Part shown: piece after piece, positions 1 to 42,279 of the stretch | Layout of the letters: every line of letters starts with the position of its first letter | Numbering within the stretch: position 1 is the first letter of the stretch | NCBI RefSeq assembly: GCF_009914755.1 | Contig: NC_060936.1 | Strand: one strand, 5' to 3' | DNA length: 64,000 nucleotides | Origin: the human T2T-CHM13v2.0 reference genome, Homo sapiens | Notes under the pieces: generated by a model | What the model saw: the letters and a program-made list of their open reading frames with translations, nothing else | Database searches by the model: none | What the model was told of the DNA's origin: nothing | Position numbers and translations under genes: made by a program

Positions 1-1033
<1,033 letters not shown>

Positions 1034-1201
1034 TTAGGGGAACAGAGGAAGGGCCTTCCCCAATCCCAGCCAAGCATCTCTGTTACTCCATCTTCTTCCC
1101 TGTTCCTTCCTTCCTCCGTGGACTGAGCCCTGGAACGAGGTGGTGACAGCCCTCTCCATGTGCAGCTGCTCATACACACTCATCTCTTACTGCCCTGGTA
1201 G

Positions 1202-15418
<14,217 letters not shown>

Positions 15419-16832
15419 TCTCCCACACCCACGGCTGCATACCTGCACTTTCAGGTAGCGTCAGGCTGCTTCCTCGGACCAGCCTCAGGTTGCTTCCCTT
15501 CTTGCTGACAGCCTCTTTGGTTTTCCTGCTGCTGCTTCTTTTTTTTTTTATCACCTCAAAACTTTAATTATGTAGTTACCCCTCAACTCCTGCTTTCCCC
15601 TGTTGGGGGCTACACCTGTGCTGCCCCATGTAATCTGGACGTTGACCTCCCGTGCCCCCTTTTGCTTTCCGTTAGGCTACAGTGGTAACCACAGTACTGT
15701 CTTTTTGCCACTAGGGGTCACTGTCACATGTCCAAAGAAGTGAGCTTGGCCGCTGTAGATTAGAACCACAGGGGTGGTAGACTGCAGATCTATCAGGAGA
15801 CCCTAGGGGGCCATCTCAACCCCACCTCTTCCTCCACCCTGAAATAATTTTGGATGGATAGGTGTTTTTGGAACTAAGACATCTCCAGTTAAGGCGATGT
15901 TTGCTTCACGCCTGCACCTGTGTCCCATCCTCTTCCCATCTGTATATGCCACCAGTAAGCTTTAGGAAACGCCCCACGAAATCAGTCAGCGCTCCCCTCC
16001 CATCTTGCTCAGTGGAGGTGGCAAAGCCCCTCTTTTTCCTCCTCTGTCCCCAGGTGCTCTCCTCTAGCAGCACAGGAACCTTCTTTGTTCTTGTGTGTCA
16101 CTGGGTTTCTCACCAAGGTTGCTTTAGGGCCCAGAAGTGGCACAGAGAACATGGCCAGTCTCTTACTGGGCTGCATCTAAGCTGAGCCCTCTCCAGGGGT
16201 TTCCCAGAATAGTAAACCAGGCACACACAGGCAGAAAAGTCTGAGAAGCAGAGAAGTAGGAATGCAGAAGAGGAGTTGGGGAGACCTAGGGGTGGAGGTG
16301 CAAGCCTGGGTCACGGGGGGCGGTGGTAGGGGGGTCTGCTTGTTGGTATTAAAGGAACAGGACAGTAAACCAAAGTGTGTGCAGATGCCACCTGTTCCTG
16401 TTCTGTGACTGAGCTACAAGCTGGGCCCTCACACCCTCTTTCTCTTTCTTTCCCAGTTTCTAAGAGGGACTGAGGCCTCTTCTCAGCATGCTGCAAACCT
16501 GTGGTCTCTGATACTAACTCCCTCCCCAACCCCTGTTGTTGGACTGTACTATGTTTGATGTCTTCTCTTACTTACTCTGTATCTCTTTGTACTCTGTATC
16601 TATATATCAAAAGCTGCTGCTATGTCTCTCTTCTGTCTTATTCTCAAGTATCTACTGATGTATTTAGCAATTTCAAAGCATAGTCTACCTTCCTTATTTG
16701 GGGCAATAGGGAGGAGGGTGAATGTTTCTTCTTTCTCATCTACTCGTCTCACACTGAGTGGTGTTAGTCACTGAGTAGAGGTCACAGAGATGACAAAAGG
16801 AAAAATGGGAGCTAGAGGGTTGTGACCCTTCA

Positions 16833-16885
16833 TACACACACGCACGCACGCACACAAACATGCACACACGCATGCACACACACAA
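16833..16885. repeat. Compound (CA)/(CACG) microsatellite in the KIF5A 3'UTR
   Basis: tacacacacgcacgcacgcacacaaacatgcacacacgcatgcacacacaca. Confidence 0.8.
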
Positions 16886-18845
16886 AGCCTTAAGCAGAAG
16901 AATGTCTTAGCATCATGAGACAGAGAAATAGACTCTTCCTCCCTCCTCTTTCACATATAGCACAGGGGAAGGTAAAATGGAAGGGCTGCTAATTGAGACA
17001 TATAATTTTCTTCATACACCCCTCACCTTAATCAAAGGATTCAGGTGTTACTTCTGCCCTACAAAGTCTGCCTTTTGCCTCCCTCTTCCTGTTTTCCCCT
17101 GGACTGAGAAATGGGTTGCTCAAGGGACCATTTCCCTTTTTCTTCAAGCTCCTTTTGATATTCCCTGCCCCAGAGCTCATGACCAGAACCCAGAGTTGAT
17201 TTAAAATATTTTGAAAAATGGAGGAGGCAGACTGCTCCCAGCAGCCTGTCAATGGCTGCTCATCTGTCCATGGAGATGGTTACAGGCAGGTGTAGTCAAA
17301 ATGATTGATTCCTTGGGTTTGGGGGTGAATAGGCTGGGAAATTTCTGAGCCTTTTTTTTTTGTCACAGTGCCCTCAAGTTGAAGTGATGAGCTGGATTTC
17401 TTTCTTGTTCCATACTGGGCGGCATGCTCCTCCCATCTCCACCCCTTGGTTTGGGGGCTTCCAGCTCATTGGCAAAATCTCTCTAGTTGCCTTCCTTTCA
17501 AGCTGGAGCCTGACTTTTCCCCAATGTACATTTTTTTTTTCTCCACAAAGAGTTCCTTCTCTAATGTCCCCATCTGGTATTAAGTGCACTTTAAAGAAAG
17601 GGGCAGGGTGGATTTTCAAGAGGTGGGAAGCTCTAAGGCTTGACCCTGAGGGGTCTTCTCCCAGCCATTCTCAGCCCATATGCAGCACCCTCCATACTGA
17701 AGAGGACTGTTGTTTTAGTTTCAGACGGTCCTTTCCTTCCACATGGTGCTAAGGTGGTTTTCTAGGTAACTGCAGGGATGGAGGTCACTAGCCATTCCAA
17801 ACCAGGAGAGAAAGTCTGGTGTCCTGATATCCAGTCTTTTCTAGGAGGAAGACCAAGATTCTCCAGCGGCAGGGCAGCCTATCACCCAACTTCTAAGTCA
17901 GGAAAGGAAGCTGAGTGGGAATGCCAGCTGGTAAGCGCAGGCTGCACTGGCCCATGACTCCTTCAAGGAAAAGAGGCCCTGCTCCCTTTACCTGCTGAGC
18001 TCCTTTTAGCGGTTAGGGAGAACTGCAGGGGGAAAAATACCAGTGGAGTGTGGAATAAATCCAAAGCAGTGATTTTTAAATGTTTTTCAAAAACAAATCT
18101 TACATAGAACCCCAATATAAAAAATAAAGTAATGCAGACCTGGGCAGTTTGCATTTTTTTTTTTTTTTTTTTTTGGTGGAAGAAGTCTCAGCGTCTCTTA
18201 GGACTGACTGTTCAAAGGCTCCTCAGCAAATGAGCCCTTGAACAGTCCTAAGAGACCCTGAGGATTCTGTGGAGTAGTTTGAAAACCATTGTTCTGAGGA
18301 AGGGGGTCCAATCTGGCTCCTCTGCACTAAAGCTGCAACTCATGGAAAAGAGGGCAACGGTGGGGTAGACAAGCCATGCTGTCTCCAGACCCACTAGGGT
18401 GGAAGGAAGGTTCCTGTGGGCCTGTGGACTTAGGCTAATATTTGCTGTCAGCAGGGCACTTAAGAATCCAGGGGGTTTTATGTAATGTTGCCACCACATG
18501 GTTCTTTTAAAAACACATAAGGAAATGTGAGGGTGTAGCGCAGATGAGGAGAGAGATGACACAGAGGGAGCAGCCTTCTCTTTAGCAAGATGTAAGGGAA
18601 ATATAATTCACTTACATAAAAAAGAAACAACACACACGCAAACCCTTCACCAGAAGCTTCACACTACATCCTCCTCCTCCTCCTGCTCCCCACCTTCACC
18701 GCATCCCTTTCAGAGCCAGGGTCACTGCAAGGGGCACCTGGCCTGCCCACTCACATCTGCCAAAATGTTGCATGCCAGCGTGGAAGACAAACCAAACTGC
18801 GCAACCCCCTGTGTGTATTTACTTGGTGTACATAGATAACTTTAA

Positions 18846-18856
18846 AATAAAATAAA
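18846..18856 (+). terminator. KIF5A distal poly(A) signal (overlapping AATAAA x2)
   Basis: AATAAA at 18846-18851 and 18851-18856, upstream TGTA and downstream GT-rich tatgttgttg. More proximal AATAAA at 18054 and 18123. Confidence 0.8.
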
Positions 18857-19750
18857 TTCAATGATAACTCTATGTTGTTGTAAATATTCTTTATCCCTTC
18901 CCAATCTCACTGCCTTCTTTGGATGAAATGGAACTTGATAGAATATATCCTTCCAGATGTTTTTCTATAGATTTACATAAGGCTTGATTTTTTTCCCACT
19001 TGACAATATATCCTGGAGATCTTTGTATGTCAATATATATCAATTGACCTCATTAAAATATAATTTTTCACATATTTATCCTACAGTTCATTCAACCAGT
19101 CTACGACTGGTGGATATCTATACTGTTTGTAATTTTTACCAAAAGCACTATCTTGTTCTTTCATTTTTGACCCAGAGCAGTCTCAGTCCTGGCATCAATT
19201 CCTTCCCACTCCAGTGTTTCACCATCTCTCCACAGCCAACAGATCAATATTCCTGTCCCAGGATCATCCACTACAATCACCCTTCCAACCCCCATTTTAA
19301 AGCATACTCCACCTCTCTTCTCTGCTCATATCTCAAAGCTTCTCAGATGGAGAAAACTGCACACCCAAAAAACTGGGGCAAGTAAAACTGAAGAGCCTAC
19401 AAACCTGCCCGGACTTTCGGTGCTTCTCACTTTCCTCTCCTATCTCCCAGAGCAAGGGTCTACACCCTTTCCACCCTCCTCTGTCAGGCAACAACTTTGT
19501 CATCTAAGGCACTTGAGCCTGAAATTCTTTTATCTTGCCCCCTGCCCACATGCACCTACACAATTACCTATCTGTGTCTGCACTTATCCTTTCCTTCTCC
19601 CTTCTGACCAGTGATAAATCTCCTTTCTCTGGGCTAAAGTGAATCCCTTCTAGATATTTCATTCTTGAGATACTGATATAGAATCTCAATATACAAATAT
19701 ATAACATATCTAAAACTGATAAACTGATGGAGACTTGAGGAGTTTGCATC

Positions 19751-20000
19751 TTTTTTTTTTTTTTAAAACAGAGTCTCGCTCTGTTGCCCAGGCTGGAGTG
19801 CAGTGGCACAATCTCGGCTCACAGCAACCTCCGCCTCTCAGGTTCAAGCAATTCTCCTGCTTCAGCCTCCTGAGTATCTGGGACTACATGTGCACACCAC
19901 CATGCCCGGCTAATTTTTGCATTTTTAATGGAGATGGGTTTTCACCATGTTGGCCAGGCTTGTCTCAAACTCCTGGCCTCAAGTGATCCGCCCGCCTCGG
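19751..20000 (-). mobile_element. 5'-truncated antisense Alu
   Basis: Reverse Alu; TSD-like tgcatctt on both sides. Confidence 0.9.
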
Positions 20001-20881
20001 TGCATCTTCTTTATTAATGCCTGTCTCAGTGGTCTCATCTCCTTGTAAGGTCCTTCCCATAAGAGTCCCTCCCTTTACTGTGTGTTTCTCTAACTGTGTG
20101 TTTCTCTATCTTACTTGTTTTCTTAAAGTCAGATATCCAGAAACCATCCCAAGCTTCCCATCCCCACTTCCTCACCCCCTATTCATTCCTTAGCCCACCT
20201 TGATCTGCCTCTTGTTCTGCTCAAAACTGCTTTTCCAAATGGCATTAGTTACCAAATACAGTGGACATTTCTTCTGGACAACAGTCCTTGTTTTGCTTCA
20301 CCTCTCCATGACATATACTTCTTCACTCCTTCCTTCTTGAAACTCAACTCCCCTTGGCTTTTGTGACCCTGCTGTCTTGGCTCCCTGTACTTCCCTGGCC
20401 ACCCTTCCGAGTCTTCCTCCCCAGGCCTCTTAAATGCTGCTCTATCCCAGGGCTCAGCCCTTGGTTCCTTCCTTGCTCTTTCTAAGACATGTCATCCATG
20501 CCTGCAGATTCCACAATTCTTCAATCCGTATCCCCAGTCCAGAACATTCTGCTCAGCTGCGGGAGCATGTGTCCAGCTGACCTCAGATGCCTCAAACATG
20601 TTCCAAACCGAACTCACCTTCCTCTGAATCTGCTCCTTTTCATGTCACCATCATCTCTCTGATATCATCATCATCATTAGCCAGAAGCCTTAGACTCACT
20701 CTCAATGCCGCCCTTTTCCTTCAATCCCCACATTCATATGAATTTTCCAAGTTGACATCAAACTGCATCTTTAGATGCCACCCTCTTCTTTCAAACACAA
20801 CAGCCACTGCTTTAGTTCATTATCTCTCCCTGAACTTTTGCAATACTCAAGTCATCCTCCAGGAACATGCCTGAGTGATCC

Positions 20882-22665
<1,784 letters not shown>

Positions 22666-23526
22666 TTCGTTCTTTCTTGTCTCCATGTCTTTGTATGCTG
22701 TTCTCTTTGTCTAGACAGCCTTTTAACCTCTATTCCTGAACTCCACCCACCCTTCCAAACTCAGTAAAGTCTCTATCCTCTTTGAAGCCTTCCCTGACCA
22801 GCTACACTTCCTTTCTTTGTATCATTGTCTTTGCTTCATACACAGTTCTAGGATAGCTCATACTTTGCATACTGCAAACTTGATCTCCATTGGCCAGCCA
22901 GTGCCATTAGACTCCCAACTACTTCGGGGCAGTCACTGTCCTATTCCCTGCTTCAATAAAAGGAAAATCAGCCCCTAGAACAGGACCTAGTACAACTAAG
23001 TGCACAATAAATACTTGTTAAATGAATGAATGAATTTCAAGACGCTTGAGACCACTGGTAAGAATTTTGGGTTTCCAAAACCCTCCCCTTCCCAACCCCC
23101 ATTCGGTAAGAATGCTTTCGCATTAGCATCAGGTCCGAGGTTACTCATTAGAAACTGGGCAAAGCCGGAAGGCGGCCACTTTGCAGCAAAGAAGCCCTAG
23201 ACCTTGGGAGTCAATCAGGCCAGCCCAGGCCGCACCACGGTCTCCTAGTTGACAGTTCGAGGGGCCTCGCGGGCCGCTTGCTTCGTCAGCTTACAGGGAT
23301 CCCGCACGCCAGGTGAGCCCACACACTGAGCGGACATTGGGGCAGGCAGGCAGGCGCCGGGGGGCGGGGCCAGCGTCGCCCCGCCCCGTCCTGCCTCGCC
23401 CTGTTCGCGCGTCCGCTGTCCGGCCTCCGGTCACGTGACAGCAGCGCAGGTGAGCGCCGCTTCCGGGGTCGGGCGCCTGGATAGCTGCCGGCTCCGGCTT
23501 CCACTTGGTCGGTTGCGCGGGAGACT

Positions 23527-33826
<10,300 letters not shown>

Positions 33827-35573
33827 GAGACTGCCTGGTTCTCTCTGATGTTCAAGGTGGTGGGGTTCTGAGACACTTGGGGGAATTGTGGGGATATTCT
33901 AGCCACCAGTTCTCTTCTTCCTTTGCTAAATTCAGGCTGCAGGCTCCTTCCATCCAGATAACTCCATCCTGTCGAGTAGGCTCTTTCTGACCCTCAGAAA
34001 TACATTGTCCTTTTTCCTCTTTGCCCATTTTTCTTCCCTCTCTTCCTCCCCATGAGAAGTCTGCTTGTAGTATTAGAATGTTATTGTTGACTCTCTCCCA
34101 AGTGCCTTGATCTTTGTAATATCTCCTGTTGTTTCTATGATATAGGAGCTAGGGGAAGGGGGTTGTTTGCCTTCTTCAGGACCTGACTGGACAGATGGAC
34201 CTGGCTCAAGCAACTACTCTGGATGCACTTTGCTGTGTGGGATGAACTAAAAGTGTCTGAATTTTGCTGATAACTTTATAAAACTCACTATGGCATGCTT
34301 CCCTCCTGGTGGGCCCTAGGATGGATGACACTCAAGATACTACAGATGTGGGTGCAGGCATGCACACACACGATGGAATATGGCCATTCCTACACAGGTG
34401 GGGTAGAGAGTGGGTCAGCAGCCTGGCACCTCACAGAGGTGGGACCTAAGAGGACTCATGATTATGCAGAGAATTGGATTGGGTCTCTGTCATAGATTGA
34501 GTAATCTCTTCCCTTACCTCAATTCCATCTCCACCCATCTCTACATCTGGGCACAGCAACCCAGAGATGGCCAAAAGCATTCAAGCCTGGGGGAAGATGT
34601 TTGACTATTGCTGCTCTTCACCAGAACCTCACACCTCTCCTGGGACTGGAACCCTTCAGTGGGTGTGTGGCCAGTTTTGGAGGCTGGAATGATGGGCCAG
34701 GGTGTAGGATTCATTCTCCATGTAAAGTTTCCTTTCATCCTGCCTAGCCATCCCCAAGGTTTATTTCCAGAAGAAAGGAATATCTCTACTTGGATCAATT
34801 CTGGTCATTTCAAGAGGATGGAGGCCTCAAGTGTGGGAACTTCCCCTACTCCCTGGATGTGTGTACCTAGCACACTTCCTTCTCCCACCCCTTTTTCCAG
34901 TTGGATTTGTTTTTCTGTTCTCTTCTGTCCTGTCTTATACTGCAACTGTGTCTCCTAGGGGACAGATGGCCTTCTTTGTCATCTTCACTCTCCACCCCCA
35001 GAGAGGAGTCAGAGCCATAACTCAATCACTCAGCCCCTCCAAAGATAGTTGATGTGTGATAATCTCATAATGTTGAGAACCCTGATGAGATACATTGTCT
35101 TCCTCTCCCTACAATGCCTCTGGGGCCAAGGCACCCATTCTTCTTGCTATCCTCCATCCCCCTTGAGGCTTCCACTTTTTTTTTTTTTAGACATAAAGCT
35201 GGGCATCAGCAACTGGCCTGTGGTGATGCAAAGCTGCTTTGCTCTGTATCTGGCTGGACTGATCTGTCTCACAAGAAGCCATGAGGCCATAGGGAGAAGC
35301 TCCCTCTCCCCTTCATCTTCTGCTCCAAAGGTGGTAGCAAGAGGAGTACCCAGTTAGGGGTTGGAGCCCCCATATAACATCTTCCTGTCAGAAGACTGAT
35401 GGATCTTTTTCATTCCAACCATCTCCCTTTCCCCCGATGAATGCAATAAAACTCTGTGACACCAGCAACCATTGCTCTTTAGAAATGGGTTTTCTGATCA
35501 TATGGCTGATGTGTTATGGGCAGTATGGATGTCTTCATTTGTTGCTTCTGTTTTTCATCTTTTTTGTTTTATT

Positions 35574-35579
35574 AATAAA
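35574..35579 (+). terminator. PIP4K2C poly(A) signal
   Basis: AATAAA in an AT-rich context about 1.75 kb after the stop; alternatives at 35445 and 35619. Confidence 0.7.
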
Positions 35580-36699
35580 AATTTATGTATTTGCTCCTGT
35601 TACTATAATAATACAGGGAATAAATTATTCAATCCAAATTTCTGTACAGAAATGCCTTTTTTTTTTTTTTTTAAATTTCACTTCTCTCAGGGAGCCTGTG
35701 TTTAAGGGTGCAGAGACCAGCTGAAGAATTCTGGTGTTCAAGGTGTTGGGCCCCTAACTAAGGATGTGGGTTTCTAGACAGATGGCTGTGAACTTTTTTA
35801 AAAAGGCTGTGAAGGGTGTGCACGGGAATGGAAAACTTAGTCTTTAACCTTGTGGGAGGTCAGCGGTAGTGAGGGCCAGGGAAGAGTAGGGTGATGGGAC
35901 CCTTCCTCTTCCCAGAGTTCTGGGCTTGCTAACACTCCATCTTTGTAAAGGTGAGTAGGCCTCTCAGCCCACCAGCTAAAAGAAAAGGAATCTAGTATTC
36001 CCCCAGGCTTCCTGGGAAAGCTGTCCTCTTCCTGGAGGGAAGGAAGAGTACAGCAGGGTCCTGGGAAAGTGAAGAAAGTGACTAGCCCTCCAGTCTAGAG
36101 GGGGGAGTGAAAAAGGGGTGGATGAATAGAGGTTGTTGCCAGTTTGGGAGATTCCTGCCTGTCTTGGCTGAGGAAGTCTTTTGGCTGGTGGAAAAACCTG
36201 GCTTGATGTGGCCCCAGGGAAGTGAGTTGGATTGGGCGGAGACTGCTTGATGTGGGAAGCAGAGCAGAGCTTTTTTTTTTTCTTCTTTGAGAGTTTTTAA
36301 CTCTATTTGAACCATACACTTGACACCACCACCACCTCGAGCCACTTTTTAAAAAATGTATTCGCTTCCCATTCTGCACCAGCCTCCATATCCCTGTTTG
36401 TGGAAAGAAAAATCAGAGGCACTGACCAATGATCATCTGAGAGCAGGTTGTGGGGGTCATAGGAGGTAACAATCTAGAAAGAGGCAGGAGATGAGGGAGG
36501 GGATTGAAATAGTTTAGTACCCGGATTTGTTTATTTTTTAGAGCCAATGCTTTTCTTTTTACTATGACTCTTCCCATCCCACATTGTTCCTCAAAGGCCC
36601 TTCTACCATAAGGATTCAAAAAATTGCCGCCCTCCCCCCGAATCCCCATATACCCACCAACACTTCACCCACCCATCCACCACCAGCTCCTGGGAGCTG

Positions 36700-37650
36700 C
36701 TACGCAGCTGGCTGGGAAAGAAAAGGGAGAGTGCTCCGCCGGGAGCGGGGAGCGAGTAGGGTGGCGTCTCCAGGGATTTAACCTCCTACCCTCAGTTCCA
36801 TGACGCCACCCCCTCCCTCCAAAGACTGGGACAGCGCCTCCATTTTTGTTTTGGGGAGGAAGGGCAGGGGCTTGCGGATAGAAGGGGGTCAAAGGAACGG
36901 TGATTATCACCTGTGAGGGGAAAGGGGGTGCTGTCCTCCCTCCTTCCCTTTTCCTCAGCCTGCACCCCCTGCAATCCCCCACCTTTCGGGGTCTCCCCCT
37001 CCTTGTTGCTAAGGCCCGGACCGTCATCCCAGCAACAGCCTCAGTCATGTGACCGGCAATGGCGGCGCTGACGAGAGGTAGGTGAGCCCGGCGCCCCCCA
37101 CACCCACCGCGCGCCCCCCGGGCCCCGCTCGCACCCCTCACGCGCCCCCCGCTCCCCCGGCGCCCCCTCCTCCACCTCCCCTCCCCGCGCGCGGCTCCGG
37201 GCTCCCCGCTCCGTGCCCGGCCGATCATCTTTCTAGCACCCTCCAGCCTTGGCCTCCATTCGGGGGTTCTGAGGGCTGCGATCGGGCCGACATGCACCCC
37301 CACCCGGCGGTGGGGATCCGGGGGCTTTGGCTACTGAGGGATGTGGGGAGTTGGTTCCGGGTCGGGTCTTGGAGGAGGCCGTGGGGGGAGGGCGGGAGCT
37401 GCTTCAGTGGATGCCCCCAGGGACCCTTGCCCATCCGGGCTGTGCCTCCCTCTGGCCTCTGTCTGGAGGGAGAGACTGGTTCCTTGTCCGGCCTGGGTTG
37501 CCACAGAGGAATCACAGACCCACCCTAAACTGGGGCCCCGCCTCCCTTTTCTGTGCCAGCAGGACTTGGACCTAGGACACCTAGGTCCTGGGTCCCCCGT
37601 GATGGGGAGAGAAGTGTTGCATCGCGGATAGACTGTATGGGCTGAGACTC
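36700..37650. promoter_or_regulatory. CpG-island promoter and first non-coding exon of DTX3
   Basis: CpG-rich stretch; candidate donors gag|gtaggt (37077) and tag|gtgagc (37081); gtcatgtgac E-box variant at 37044-37053. Confidence 0.75.
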
Positions 37651-38708
37651 TAGGGTTCCATTTTCACTTATGAATCTCGAGGTGCATCTGGCCTTGGGGG
37701 ACGATGATGGAGGCATGAAGGGACAGCTGCTCCTTCTTGGATCAGTCAATAAATGGAGGTCACACTAATGGCCCTTCTTTCTGTTTGAGCTGCATTTGGA
37801 AGTGTTGTGGAGACAGCCCCGTAGCCCAATGCGACCAGACTCAGGGAAAACATCAGGCCCCTCCAGCTGAGCCCTTGTGTGAGCCCCGCCCCTCCCTAAA
37901 TGCCAGACTTGGGAGCTGACAGACAGCACTGCCTGTGCTGGGTTTAAAAGGTGACAATGAGAACTTTGTTATTGCAGGGGCTGCTGCCACTTTGTTCACA
38001 TCCTTAACAGACTTCAGCAGAAGGGACTGAGTTAGCTCTCAAGGAAGGCTCCCTGGCAATAGGGGCTGAATTATTTGGCAATGTGGAGCAGGCGAGGAGT
38101 TGGGGAGCATAGGAAATATTCCGGTCCATGTGATCTGAGGGAGGTGGCAAGAAGACCTCCACCTGTGTGGGCGTTTTCTTTCCTGACTTCTCTTATGTGT
38201 GCCCTAGGCTTTCTTGGGGGCCTCAGAGCTGGGGAAGAAAGGAGGAAGGTTAGCATGTTGAAGTTCCTTCTTGAGCAACTTGGGGAGAAGCTGATAATGG
38301 AATTCTGCAGAGAAGAGAGGAGATGGAAGGGGAGTTTTTATTTCTGGGTTGGCTGAGGGGAATGGTAACATTTGCCATCATAACTTTTTACCCTTCCCCC
38401 ACTCCCAGTCCTGGTCAGCTGAGTGGAAATAGAAGGATTTCTGCTGCCATCATCTTCCATGGGCTTTCCAGGTATCTCCCCCGCAAGGGATCCTCAATTT
38501 TCACCCTTAAACTGGTTTCCTTCATTCCATGTTCCAAGTAATGCCATTCTTAGTAACCTATACCCAGGTTTCTGTCTCTGTTCCATGGGCTGCTGGGTTG
38601 GGGGCCATGGGAATTGGGAGAAGGGGTTTCTCACTTTCCTTCCATTTTTCCGCCCTACCAGGTCACACGACCTACAAGTAGGGAGCAGGGAAAGAAGAGT
38701 GAGCCTGC

Positions 38709-41371
<2,663 letters not shown>

Positions 41372-41991
41372 AGGACATCGCCTTTGCCAAGGCCCCTGCT
41401 GTCTGCCTCTACTAGGACCCAGCAGAAGCCTCTTTCTCCTCTCTGCCCCCTGCCCCCCACACCACACCTGTAGGGGACCTGTCTGACTGGGAAGGGAGTT
41501 CCGAGAGGGAGGGGGCAATCCCTTCCCCCATCCCCCACTGGCCAAGTGTTTCAATGCAGTGTGAGCCACTCCCTTCTGGCAGAGGCCGACCTCCAAGGCT
41601 CTGTTCTCCCCTCCCCGTGTACATATACTCCCGGTTTCCCTGCCCCTCCATTGCCCTTGGCTTTTTCTGGTATGTGCTGTGCTCCACGACCAAGCCGAGA
41701 AAGGACCTAGGGTGGGGAAGGGAGGGTCTCTTGATTCCTAACCGCCCCCACATACTGCTCCACCGCTGAACTTCGGGTGCCGGGGAGGAGAAATTGGGCT
41801 GATGTGAGCTCCCCGTCACCCGCCATGGAGCCGGCTGTGTGTGTTCATCAGATACAGTTCTCCCTTAACCTTGTCCTTTCTCTCCTGTGTCTCAGTCTCC
41901 GTCAGTCTGTCTTTCTCCGCTCTTCTCTGACCCCTGTGAGGAACCTCCTTACCCTGTTCTGGAATCGCTGCCAGACTGTAGCTTTTAATTT

Positions 41992-42003
41992 AATAAAAAT
42001 AAA
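41992..42003 (+). terminator. DTX3 poly(A) signal (tandem AATAAA)
   Basis: AATAAA at 41992-41997 and 41998-42003, followed by T-rich then G-rich sequence. Confidence 0.85.
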
Positions 42004-42279
42004 GTAAAATATGCAACTCTTTATGCCACACCCGTTCTTTTCCAGGGACTGGGTGGGGGTGGGGTGGGGAGAGGGACCTGCTGGAAAGGGGAGAGGGGAT
42101 GATGGGGTGATCCCTGCGTGCACTCCCAGTCCCTCTGCCTCCTGAGGACCTGGGGAAACGGGATGCACCAGCGGGCTCTGTAGTAACACTGAGAAACCCT
42201 GGGTCACTTCGATGTTGGAATTAGTATTAAGAGGGTGTTTTTTTGTTGTTCAACTATGGTTGTAGAGAAAACAACCCTA

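Larger units (their letters stand above)
16457..18870 (+). other. KIF5A: KIF5A terminal non-coding exon 29 (3'UTR)
   Basis: Exon 28 donor at 15454|gtagcg; pyrimidine-rich acceptor ttctttcccag|16457. The 3' end is approximate, set from the poly(A) signal. Confidence 0.85.

Noticed and set aside
20077-20108. 16-bp tandem duplication actgtgtgtttctcta x2
   Set aside because: Ordinary slippage in intergenic DNA with no functional context.
36665-37631. 212-aa minus-strand ORF and neighbours at the DTX3 promoter
   Set aside because: GC-rich shadow ORFs, mostly with non-ATG starts.
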